A model generated the notes under the pieces. That model was not told the origin of the DNA. It did no database searches and was given only the letters and a program-made list of their open reading frames with translations. Positions 13,872 to 26,132 of a DNA stretch of 64,000 bases are shown here, piece after piece; positions within the stretch are counted from its first letter, which is position 1; every line of letters starts with the position of its first letter. The DNA is from Octopus vulgaris. Its lineage: Eukaryota. Location of the stretch: contig OX597815.1 of assembly GCA_951406725.2 (NCBI GenBank), positions 9,362,001 through 9,426,000 on the forward strand. Direction: 5' to 3'. A program made the position numbers and the translations under genes.

Positions 13872-14117
13872 ATGTATGTATGTATGTATGTATGTAATTG
13901 TGTGTGTCTTTGTGTCTGTGTTTTCCCCCCACCCTCACCACCACCGTTTGATGACTGGTGTTGATGTGTTTACGTCCCCGTAACCTGGCAGTTCAGCAAA
14001 GAGACCGATAGAATAAGTACTAGGTTTTAGAAAATAAGTCTTGAGGTCTATCTCTTCGACTACAAACCATTCAAGGCGGTGCTCCAGCATAACCGCAGTC
14101 AAATGAATGAAACAAAT
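13681..14117 (+). mobile_element. SINE family C
   Basis: Head, internal microsatellite and 3' body match the family. Confidence 0.85.
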
Positions 14118-14164
14118 ATATATATATATATATATATTTGTATAAATAAATAAACGGAGTTCAA

Positions 14165-14199
<35 letters not shown>

Positions 14200-14591
14200 C
14201 GGACTTTCCCATCGAGGACGATCTATGAGTGTTCAGTGAGAAGGCAGAACAAAAAAGGTTCAACCAAATAGACAATTAACAAAATACTCACATTACTTTA
14301 TTATCATTTGTAGAAATTCCAGGGCTAGTCTTCATACACTTCATTTCCACTAAATATATCTATTTCCACCACTTTAATCTTTATTCCTATTCACCTGTCG
14401 CACTATATTTTTGCACTCTTAGTTTTCTGCTAATTTCTTCTACCCCCTCCTTCTATTTCTATATATTTCCTTTGACGTTATATCTATTAATGGTTTTTAA
14501 AAAGAATAACTTACCAGCGTTCCCTTCATCATATATGCAGTAATCCCATTCGGTTAAAATGTTTTATTGATGCGTTTTGTTTCTCTTTTCG

Positions 14592-14677
14592 TTCCCTGAT
14601 GAGAAGATTGCTTTGTTTTACATCATTCCATTCCTTCTGCAATAATAGCAATGTTTTCTTCGAAACATATGTCGGAA
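14592..14677 (+). ncRNA. Type I hammerhead ribozyme motif
   Basis: TTCC-CTGATGA-GAAGA...TCTTC-GAAA-C(ATAT)G-TC-GGAA. The core is intact, stems I and II pair, loop 3 is palindromic and the cleavage triplet is GUC. Confidence 0.85.
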
Positions 14678-14781
14678 ATATAAAGATTTGAATAACAGCT
14701 GCGTTGAACTCTATTTATATATATATGTATGTATGTATCTACTTATATGTATGCATACAATATTATTTTATCTTGTGTGTG

Positions 14782-14823
<42 letters not shown>

Positions 14824-15699
14824 GTGTGTGAGTATGTGTGTGTGTGTGTGTAATTATAAAATATGTATGGGGATAAGATTTTTAAATTATCTAATACTTT
14901 CTAATATGTTCCATTCATGAAAATTCCCATTAATCAAAGAATTCCTTCACCATCAGATTTCATCATCAAATCAGAGGTTGTATGATACACAGAAAACAAA
15001 TGACTTCATGCTTTTCATGTACCACCAAAACGTTAATGGTTTCTACAGAACCCAACTTCTTGTGTGAAAGGAATCAAAGACATACCTAAATATACCAAAT
15101 CTTGCAGTTACATTTATGATATTACAAAACCACAGACTAAACATGAATGAATATAGAAAGTATATTTATTGCGGAATGCAAACCACGGTTCAACAATTTT
15201 GATCAATATATCAAAAAGAAGCATTCTAAATAACTGTATGATTCTAAATAAGTATTATTAATAATGAAATGTCTGAAATAATCATTCAAAATAATTTCTT
15301 TTACCTTTGGCTAAAGATACGTCGCCGTTATCAATATTAAAAGAAAACGGATGTAATACAACTATACAAAAATGATATAGTTACAACAATAAATCAGACA
15401 GACGCTATTCAAAATTTGAAAAACTCACGTGTCAAAATTATTTATCAATGGCTAATGTAAGGCGCCAAAGAAAGATTTTTTGCTTTTTTATATTTTTTTC
15501 ATGCTACTACATAAAGTGAATTATCAGCAAAGCATCACTTTTGAAAATCATAAAATTTTGAAACCGTTGAAGTTAATGCAAATACATCTTTTAAAAAGCT
15601 TCCAGTGTATTTTCAATATAATTTTGTTATATATATATATAATTCAAATTACGATGAACTAAAGCAAACTTCGTGTTTGTTTACGTTCATCGTAATTTA

Positions 15700-15743
<44 letters not shown>

Positions 15744-16925
15744 CAAACACGAAGTTTGCTTTAGAAGCGTTGAGATGTCTTAGAAAGTTAAAGAAGTGAT
15801 TTTAAGTTCTCAAACGCAGGATAATGCTAATAATACAGCCTGAAGACTATAAGCTACCCCTATTTTGCACAATAAAGTGTGGGCGGCCCACCAACACTTT
15901 TTTCTGCAAAATAGGGGTAACTTATCCTATTCAGGCTACACACACACACATACACACACTAGAAATGCATCCCGGTGTTGCCCAGGTGTTATGACCTACA
16001 CCCATATTATGTTATTTGTTCCTTTCTTATGGGTAGAACCAGCACAGCTGATATATAGCGAACTGGATTACTGGCGTAATGGAAGTTATTGTTTGTTTAA
16101 AAGTGAAGAAGGGGAGGGTATAATTTGCATGGGTTTGCATGAAAGTGCTTTCTGTATTGCTTCATCGTATAAAAAGGGATTAATACGATTTTGCCCAGAA
16201 ACCACGTTTTCAACATTTTAGTTTTCCCCTGTCCCCACCGCAATTTCTTAATTTGTAACGTTTTTACGAATATTTTTTATCTACGAAGAAAAATACAGAG
16301 ATTACGAATCTGGGAAATATATTCTTTTTTTAAAGTTTAATTGCTCTTAAAGAAATACTCAATGCTCCTTCCTCCACCTCACCCACCCATCACCTAACGG
16401 CTTTCAAAAATCTAAAAACCACCCTATGTTTCCCTTTCGTCTGATGTTTCATGGAGGCGTAGAATTGTACTGAAATAGCTGACGTAAAAGAACATTAGAG
16501 CACCACCAGAAAACCCGGCATGCTAGAAACAACAGGTAAACGACATTATTTCTGAAGACACTTTCCCGCTTTCCAAAAACCTAAAAGTGAAACATAGGGA
16601 GAGACTATAGCTTTTTCAAAGTGGTGAGGTGACTGATGGATGTTTGGGAAGGAGATTTTAGTGTTTCTTTGAGAAAAAAAGAAAGAAGGACATTCTTAAT
16701 GAATCGAAAAGTCTGTTCTTCGCCGTGGATTACCACGAAAACATTTCGAAATAAGTGAAAATTGAAGAAATTGGGATGGGAAGGGAGAAAATTAAAATAT
16801 TCTGAAGGAATTTTTTTGGTCGAAATCCTAATCTCCTGTATTGAAAACATAGAAATCGGAAGAAGTTTAGGAAAAATAAATCAGGGTGGTGTAGGTGAGC
16901 AAATGTCACATTTGACATGCTAGAA

Positions 16926-17183
16926 TCAGCAGGTAAAGGACAGGATTTCTGAGAAAACTTCCCCAAAGGAAGCCTGTGTTGCTTTTGATCCATGGCATGG
17001 TGCAGAATCCTGGACAAGCACCATATTGTCAAGCCAAATCTGCTGTTCCACCCAAGGCAACAGAGAGTTCTTCAGGATATCCAGATACTCTTTTGTGTCG
17101 ATTTTCAAGCCAGACCCAATGAAGTGTGGATCCATGACATTTCCATCACTTGCCATGGCTTCAAATACCATCACAGAGGCACG
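16926..17183 (-). pseudogene. Tc1/mariner-superfamily transposase fragment (DDE/D domain)
   Basis: ASVMVF...GLKIDTKEYLDILKNSLLPW...QDSAPCHGSKATQ. Confidence 0.8.
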
Positions 17184-17197
17184 ATACATACATATAT

Positions 17198-17502
<305 letters not shown>

Positions 17503-17516
17503 ATATATATATATAT

Positions 17517-17726
17517 TCTTTTAATTGTTTCAGTCATTTGACTGCGGCCATGCAGGAGCACCGCCTTTTAGTCGAGCAAATTGACCCCAGGACTTAGTGT
17601 GTGTAAGCCTAGTACTTATTATATCGGTCTCTTTTGCCAAACCGCTAAGTTACGGGGACGTAAACACACCAGCATCGGTTGTCAAGCGATATTGGAGGGA
17701 CAAACACAGACACACAAACATACACA

Positions 17727-17776
<50 letters not shown>

Positions 17777-19957
17777 ACGGGCTTCTTTCAGTTTCCCTCT
17801 GCCAAATCCACTCACAAGGCTTTGGTCGGCTCGGGGTTATAGTAGAAGACACTTGCTCAAGATGCCACGCAGTGGGACTGATTCTGGAACCATGTGGTTG
17901 GTAAGCAAGCTACTTTATTTTATTAAACTTGCCATAAAGGCAGTACATAGAGTAAAATAGCTATGCGGGCTGGACACAGGCATTAATGAGATGGATGATA
18001 ATGAGATAGAAGGATGATAAAGATGGGAGAATTCAGAAAGCGCCCGCCCAGCCTCTGCCTCTCTATAACACTGTTCTTTCGAAACACATTTACGAGGTAT
18101 TAAACCTCTTACAATTTATCAAAAATGGCAACAATATTAAAAATCATAAAAGTATGTCCACATATCTCTGCACTAAGCCCATTCTTCTTCGTCCCCGACC
18201 AGGCTGTAAGCTGTCCATAGGTACTGCTCCGGGTCCCGGTCGGGGTCCCCAAAATCAACTCTAAACAAGTCCTTTGTAAAGGAGCCCAACATCCTGGACA
18301 TGTTGACTTCTGATATGATCTTCGCAGTCACCTGTGAAGGCCAATTCGGGTTTTCGGTCCAGGGTAAGAACTCCTCCCTCCAGCCTCCTCGCTTCCTTAG
18401 GAAGCTTTCTATCACCCCTCCCTTCAGGAAGAATACGACAAACTCATCTTCCCTCATTCTGGGAGGGGGCCACTGCTTCCTCTGTCGGTGGCACACTTCC
18501 CACTAACAGAGTTTCGGGGCATGCTGGCAGTTGATTGTCAACTGCCAGTGACGTCCTATTATTTTTCCTCTTCTCGACGGGAGGGTGGAGTTCCTCTAAC
18601 TTATCCGGAAGTCCGTTCCTCCATCCCGCCGCCTCAGAATCAATCGGTAGGCAACCATTGTTGCCTACCTTTCTTTTTTCCCTTTCGAGGGGCTTGCCTT
18701 CTCCTCGACTTTCTCTTCCTCTCCCTCCGTTAGAACAGGATCAGGAGCCTCCGTTGGGAGAACGGGGAGATCTTCTTCTCTTAACTGCTCCAGTACCCTT
18801 GCTTTGTTTCTGGAGCAGTTTCTCTTTATGTGGCCTAATTCCAGGGGGTGGGTGGGCCTGCCTCAAGGATCATCGGGTGCCTGGAACCGGCCAACGTAAA
18901 AAAATCTGATAATACCAGATCTTCGGCTGACTGGGTCTATAGGGTCAAAACAGCTTTTGACCCCACCCAGTCAGCCTGGTGTTGCTGCCACCCAGACCCC
19001 GGCGGATAGTCTCCTCTAGCCACTCGGCCTCAATTCCGGGTGGTAGCCTACTCACCCAAGCTCTTGTTGATTTTCACCCACCGTATGTGGGGAGAAATAA
19101 AATCTTCTCCCCTTCCAGCGGTTGGCACGCAAATTTTTGTGCGTCCGTAGGAGTGTTCAAAAGCACATACACAGTTCCCTACTTTGCTTCCCTATGGATA
19201 AATTTAAATGTTGGCAGGTACTCTGTCAACTCTTTCTCAATCTCAGGCTGAGAGAATACAGCGATGGTTTCAAGGACCTTAGAGTAGGTCCTTAACACCA
19301 CCGTTCACTCAGTATAATCCTTTAGCCATTCTTTGGGGGCCACAATTCGCCACTCCAAAGCAGTATTCTTTGTTGCTATGTTAGCAATCAAATAAAATAA
19401 AATGTTTAAAAAACAAAAAGTCCAAAAATGTTCAACTGAAAGTCAATGAAAAACGCGCAAAGAAAGAACAGAAAGACAGAAGAGAGAAGAAAGAACGAAG
19501 GAAGACAGTTCAACTGGCTACACAATCCTGCTACTCAGGTAATCCACAAACAGTAGTTCTCTGTCGCAGCACAAAAATCCAATTCTCACCGTCTCCGTAC
19601 TTTTTACCTGAATGGTAAATCCTCCTTGTCAAGGGCACAAACACAGTCACAGAATACAATTTTCACAATTTTCGGAGGGACACGCCTCCCAAAAACACAA
19701 TTCTCAGTGCAAAGTCAGTCTATTCGCACGACCACAGGCAGACAAATGTCTTGAACCCAGTGGAGACCCTTGTTCGACAAAAATTATTAAATACAAAGAA
19801 CAGACCCCAGAGCTCCCAAAATAATTAAACGCCTTACCTGTAGTCGTGCTTCAACTTTTCAATCTTTCAACGCCGAACGACGTGACTTCAAAGCGTGAAA
19901 AAAAAACACGCACTCCTCTGTGTGGTAAGCAAGCTACTTACCACACAGCCACTCCTA
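17517..19957 (-). mobile_element. SINE family C split by a 2-kb insertion
   Basis: Body at 17517-17915. The remaining head ACCACACAGCCACTCCT resumes at 19940. Confidence 0.85.
17916..19922 (-). mobile_element. 2.0-kb non-LTR-type element with only a decayed ORF1-like region
   Basis: 17-bp TSD TGGTAAGCAAGCTACTT at 17899-17915 and 19923-19939, and an A-rich 3' end. The minus frame reads VVLRTYSKVLE...EKILFLPTYGG*KSTRAWVSRLPPGIEAEWL. No RT motifs seen. Confidence 0.7.
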
Positions 19958-19960
19958 ATA

Positions 19961-19993
<33 letters not shown>

Positions 19994-20020
19994 TATATAT
20001 ATACACATATACATACATAC

Positions 20021-20057
<37 letters not shown>

Positions 20058-20096
20058 TATACATACATAAATACATACATACATATATATATATAC

Positions 20097-20148
<52 letters not shown>

Positions 20149-20152
<4 letters not shown>

Positions 20153-20352
20153 ACCTCTTGAGTACCACTGGCGATTTTTTTCCTCTGTCTTCCCTTCTCT
20201 GGATCTTTCCTTCTCCTATGTTTCCGACGAAGAGCTCCGCTCGAAACGTTAAACCCTCCTTCTTCCCTTCTTTCTTGAGCGTCCAATAATACTTTATTTG
20301 TTCCACGTCCTTGCGTTGTGTTTTTTTTTGATATTTCTTATATTTGGATTTA
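20149..20352 (+). mobile_element. Family H1 copy 2 with minimal HHR-like motif
   Basis: GTTT-CCGACGA-A-GAGC(TCC)GCTC-GAAACGTT-AAAC at 20220-20254, with (TA)n on both sides. Confidence 0.7.
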
Positions 20353-20858
20353 TATATATATATATATGTATATATATAAATATACTGTTTGCTAAAAATT
20401 AAAGCGAAAGCTAAAGAAAAGCACCAATTCTACGATAAATACACACACAAGCAATGCAATGAATATTTTTAAAAATAGGCCTACCTTCACGATGGAATTT
20501 GAATGTAGTCTAATAATACCCTCAGTATCAATTGATTTCCTGCTGTGCATGAGAGAACATGCTTTCCAATCCTCAGTTGGAGACAGCATTTAACATCTAT
20601 TTCCAAAATATTTATTACGTCAACTCGTTTGCGTTTCTAACTTTAAAAGTCTCGTTCCGTTTCAAGAGAAATTTATCGTAAACAATAAAGAAGTAAATAT
20701 GTGAAGTATTATTACTGTTGAAAACAGTAATAACGATGTGGCTTTTTGCATTGCTCGTGTGCGTATTTATTGTAGAATTGGTGGGATTTTTAAAGCTTTC
20801 ACTTTAATCTTTAACAGTAATAATACTTCATATATTTACTTATATTTATATATATATA

Positions 20859-21150
20859 TGGAGGAGCAATGGCTGAGTGGTTAGGGCAGCGGACTCGCGG
20901 TTTCGATTCCCAGACCGGGCGTTGTGAGTGTTTATTGAGCGAAAAACACCTAAAGCTCCTCGAGGCTCCGGCAGGGGTTTGTGGCGATCCTTGCTGTACT
21001 CTTTTGCCATAACTTTCTCTCACTCTTTGTAGGCCTGATCGCTTAGCCAGCGGGATGGCGTCATTTGAAGGCTAAAACAATGCGAAGCGCATTGTGATCA
21101 GCGATGTGTAACAACATCTGATAGCCTGGTCGGTCACGTGATCTCATGAT
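20859..21150 (+). mobile_element. SINE family B variant with alternative 3' half
   Basis: B-type head. The 3' part GGCTAAAACAATGCGAAGCGCATTGTGA also occurs reversed at 58330-58445. Confidence 0.75.
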
Positions 21151-21182
21151 ATATATATATATAAAGTGAATTGTTATTCATG

Positions 21183-21404
21183 AATGCCTCATGCTATGAG
21201 GGACTCTTAAAGTCAAAACAACCATAATAAATACAGTGTACCGAACGCGAGTGAAATGCAACTCTCGAAGTGAGCTCCTTAAAAACATATTTAGCCGCAG
21301 ATCATTTAAGGAGCTCGCTTCTAGAGTTGCATTCCCTCGCGTTCGGTACACTGGATTTATCATGGTAGTTTTGACTTTAAGAGTCCCTCATAGCGTGAGG
21401 CATT
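21183..21404. repeat. Long imperfect palindrome (MITE-like or fold-back)
   Basis: Arms 21183-21283 and 21305-21404 are reverse complements. Confidence 0.9.
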
Positions 21405-21539
21405 TGTGTATAGCAATGCCGTTAATATAGATAAATATATTTAAAGGAAATAATTAAAAATACTTCCCTTATGAGGTCTTTCACGCTGACTACATTATTA
21501 AATTCTTATCAAGATTTTATCCTATTTAAAATGTTTTAA

Positions 21540-21618
<79 letters not shown>

Positions 21619-21924
21619 AGATCCACGTATCGAGGTGTAGGAAGAAGGTTAGCTTCAAGTTAACTGCAGAAAATATAAAGAATAACTTTTAGGAACAATA
21701 GTGGTTTATTGAGGCGTAAAGCTGTGGATTTATTCTATGTTGACTGGTGATACAGTATGGGTAGATTTTCGAAATCCAATTAATCTTTATACATTTATAC
21801 AGTTAGGAAATTTTACAAATACATCTTTTCAAGGAGATATGATAAACTTATTATAATGGGTAATGCTACATGTACTTTTCATATTTTTTATATTGTGATG
21901 TAATTCTTTAGACTAACAATGTTT

Positions 21925-22015
21925 GCGGCTGAAGAGAGCTTTAAACCATCTGTTATATCAATAACACACTGATGTAATAACGGATTGTTTATAAAGCTTG
22001 AAACACGTGTACCGC
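21925..22015 (+). ncRNA. Type I hammerhead ribozyme motif with extended stem II
   Basis: GCGG-CTGAAGA-GAGCTTTA...TAAAGCTT-GAAA-C(ACGT)G-TA-CCGC. The cleavage triplet is GUA. Confidence 0.85.
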
Positions 22016-22258
22016 GATATCCTTTGTGTTCTGCTTTTAATTTTATTTGATATATTCTCTCTCACCTCTGCCACTATCTGGCATATACAGGTGCCTACAC
22101 TTATCAAGTATTCACCCTAAATTTACAGTACCTACTATATATATATATATATATATATGTATTATTATTTGAGGGAATAAAATGCAAACTTACAAGGAAA
22201 AAGAATTCAATTTAGAAATACTGAATCAAATTCCACACAATATAATAAATATATAAAT

Positions 22259-22543
22259 ATATTAGAAAAAACCACCTTTTATCAATTCAAAATGAATAAA
22301 TAAATTATACCATCTCGAAAATTACATCTAGAAAAGTTAAAATTAAAATAACAATAAAAAGTAAAGATTAAGTAAATTACAAAAATGATAAAAATGTAAA
22401 TACATTTTTATTATTTTTGTAATTTATTTGATCTTTACTTTTTATTGTTATTTTAATTTTAACTTTTCTATTATATGTAATTTTCTAGATGGTGTAATTT
22501 AATTATTCATTTTGAATTGATAAAAGGTGTTTTTTTCTAATAT
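22259..22543. repeat. AT-rich near-spacer-less palindrome
   Basis: Arms of about 140 bp centred on 22399-22400, ending at (TA)n. Confidence 0.9.
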
Positions 22544-22788
22544 TTTATGTATATATATATATATATATATATATAAAGGTAATATGTATGGTAATATTGT
22601 ATGGTATTTATTCCCTTACTGGCCACTTGATAATATCGATATTATCCTTATTTATAAATTCATATATATATATATTTTTAAATAAAGCATATTACTCTAC
22701 CACTGGTATTTGAGTACGCTTTTTTCCACCTTGTTTCACATTTATGTGTTTACTCCGGTATATATATATATATATATATATATATGCA

Positions 22789-22842
<54 letters not shown>

Positions 22843-22855
22843 ACACACACAGAGT

Positions 22856-22971
<116 letters not shown>

Positions 22972-24487
22972 GCAGCATAATCGTACCAAATCCCATTCAC
23001 AAGCAGAAGTGGCACGCAGTAGGATCGATACAAGCCACACACGGGTGTGAAGTGAGTTCTTTTTATTCTCTGATGGATCTTGGAATATACGTACTTTGCT
23101 GAAACACTATGGCCATGTTATAAAAATATTAATAAATCTATCTATTCAATAATTCTGTTTCAAAACATCGAGTTCTTTCTTACAACGAAGAATTTCCGCC
23201 ATATTCTTCACATTTATTTTACTCGAACTCACTGTTTATGTTACGTATGAAAACATTTGATGCTTTGGGCTTCTGCGATAATTAGTTCTCTAGTATTTCT
23301 GCTATTTCTACTATGTCTGCCATATTTTATTGTTCTTATGTAACCCTTCCACCTTTTTCATTTACTAATGCCGATCTTGGATTTCTGTTAATAGTATTAC
23401 AGTTTTCCATACCGTCTGATTGTTTTTATTGCCCGCTCCTCCACCTTCCTGCAACCTATCAGATGTTTTCTCATATTGCCTGGAGTGTTTACACATATTA
23501 GTTGTTCTACATTGCATTTTGCTTACGTCCATTTTTCTCTCTCTGTGTGTGTGCGTGTGTGTGAATCCTGAAGATTTACTTGTGCTGTTTCGTTGGTTAT
23601 TTTTACCATTTCTTTGTTCTCCATCGATGAGGTGCTATTTATGTTTAGGTTTTCCTCCATCAATCCTCGTTCAGTTTTCCCTCGCTTATCTTTTTCTTTA
23701 TCATTTCTATTATATTTTCTAAATCATCTTTTGTTGTGTGGTTGTTATGACTTCCATTTAACTCGCTTTGCTTTTCATTTAGTCTGTGTTCTAGTGTGAG
23801 AGTATGTGTCTGTTTTATATACGTATGTCAGAATGCGTAAGAGTTATTGTGAATGCATATATAGATATATATATGTGCGTTCGTGCGTGTATGTGTGTAT
23901 GTTTATTACTAATTCGTATTGTATTAGTTGTATCTATAGAAACCATTTGGTTTCTGAATTCTGTCCATTTTCTCTAAGTACCGTTCATTGTTGCTTTGTA
24001 AACGTGTGTTTAATTGCTGAGTTCCTATGATTTCTTATAGTCTGTGTATTCTTTAGATTTAGAGAATCATAGTTATCTCCTAATATTCTATCATACTAGC
24101 TTGGAAACTGGATGTAAAGCAATTTTAGAATTTCTATTCACAAGAATGCTTTTGTTTCTAAATACATATATTCCTTGGAATATTAGTTGAAGGATTGTAT
24201 CTCGCCTTAATTTTACAAATCAGATTATTTTATCAACAAATCCTCAAATTGACTTATTATTTTGAATAGGAACTGAACAGTATAAAAACCAGGTAGGAAT
24301 CTTTGTCTATTTACCTTTGAATAGATTAGGTTTTTCTGTATTTTAATTCAGGAATGGTATAAGTATCCAACATCGTATACCTCTCAAATCTTCTCAGCAG
24401 AATATACATACATACATACATACATACATACATACATACATACATACATACATACATACATACATACATACATACATACATACATAC

Positions 24488-24590
24488 CCCGTTGGTGTTG
24501 AAATTCCAATGAAGGAGCCTTGGATCTAGGTTAGAAACCAGGCTCTTTCTCTATTGGCCAGAAATCTTGAAATAAAACTGAACAATGTCA
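24488..24590 (+). mobile_element. About 95-bp repeat following (CATA)n
   Basis: TTGAAATTCCAATGAAGGA...AGAAATCTTGAAATAAAA is also present at 36822-36912. Confidence 0.6.
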
Positions 24591-24596
24591 TACATA

Positions 24597-25343
24597 GAGG
24601 TCTGATCAATAAACATCCGGACTGTTGCCATAGCAACGAAGCTACTGTACACAGAGTGAAGCCGCTTGGTACAGATTGAACTCTGCTGTGCATATGCACA
24701 AAGCTTTGACGTTCTAGCTCACTTCGTGCTGTTTACAGCAGTGCTTGGAAGGAACGTGTGTAGCGTGTGATTGTCGCATTGACCATGACAGAGAAAGTTG
24801 TCATGGTGATACCTGCTCAGAGGCCGGGGCAAAGTTGCAGAAAGTGTATGGAGAGGAGTGTATGAGCGGCACACAAGTGTACGAGTGGTTCAGATATTTC
24901 CAAGACGGCCGAAAAAATTTCGATTTTAACGAAAGTTTTGGGTGACCTGCAACCAGTAGAACTGAGAAAAATATCGCAAATGTGCGTGCAGGTGTGAGTG
25001 GAAATCGTCGAATCACCATCCTTGAGTTATCAGAGGATGTGCAGATTAGTTACGGTTCAGTTCAATCCTTTATAACTGAAGATTTGGGTATGAGACGCGT
25101 GTCTGCCAAGTTTGAGCCAAAACTGCATCCAGCTGACCAAAATGCACAAGATCAACGTGACGATCACATGCTACACACCTTCCTTCCATGCATTGCTGTG
25201 AACAGGAGAAGTGATATAAAATGTTATGGCTCAGTGCGCATGCACAGCAGAGTTCAAGGTTAATCTGTGTCAAGCGGCTTCACTGTACGTGCTTTAGCTT
25301 CGTTACTACGGCAACAGTCCGGATACCTGTTCATCAGACCACG
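24597..25343 (+). mobile_element. Deleted mariner derivative with about 190-bp inverted ends
   Basis: HTH region KVYGEECMSGTQVYEWF and LGMRRVSAKF. The ends are inverted from GGTCTGATCAATAA to TTCATCAGACC. Confidence 0.85.
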
Positions 25344-25344
25344 T

Positions 25345-25885
25345 ACATGCATACATACATACATACATACATACATACATACATACATACATACATACAT
25401 ACATACATGCATGCATACATACATACATACATACATACATACATACATACATACATACATACATACATACATACATACATGCATGCATACATACATACAT
25501 ACACACATACATACATACATATACATACATACACACACACACACACACATACATACATACATACATACACACACATACATACATACATACACACATACAC
25601 ACACACACATACATACATACATACATACACACACACATACATACATACATACATACATACATACATAATACATACATACATACATACATACATACACACA
25701 TAGATACATACATGCGTTCGTGCGTGCGTACCTACGTGTATGTGTATGTATGTGCATGCTTGTGTATGTGTGAGTGTATGTTTGTGTCTATGTGTGCGTG
25801 TGTGTGCGTATGTGTGTGCGTATGTGTTTGCGTGTGTATACATATGTATATATGTGTGTATATGTGTGTATATGTGTGTATGTAC
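25345..25885. repeat. (CATA)n/(CA)n/(TG)n microsatellite
   Basis: Directly visible. Confidence 0.95.
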
Positions 25886-26132
25886 ATTCACAATGTACTT
25901 TAATAAAGAAAAGAACGTGATGTACTTGGTCGTTTGATCGTCATGAAACAGCACACAAATTTCCCTCAAATTACACCCTACTACCTTGGAAAATATACAA
26001 TGGAAAATGTAATACTTGACATAAAAAAGGGGACAGGATAGTCTCTCTTGAAATATCTCCAGTCACGTTTCCGTGATCAATTCTGACCTTGGGATAAAGA
26101 ATGACTGCCGTACATTATTAGTTATGTAACTT

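Noticed and set aside
23100-24400. Possible decayed retroelement on the minus strand
   Set aside because: No convincing motif could be read.
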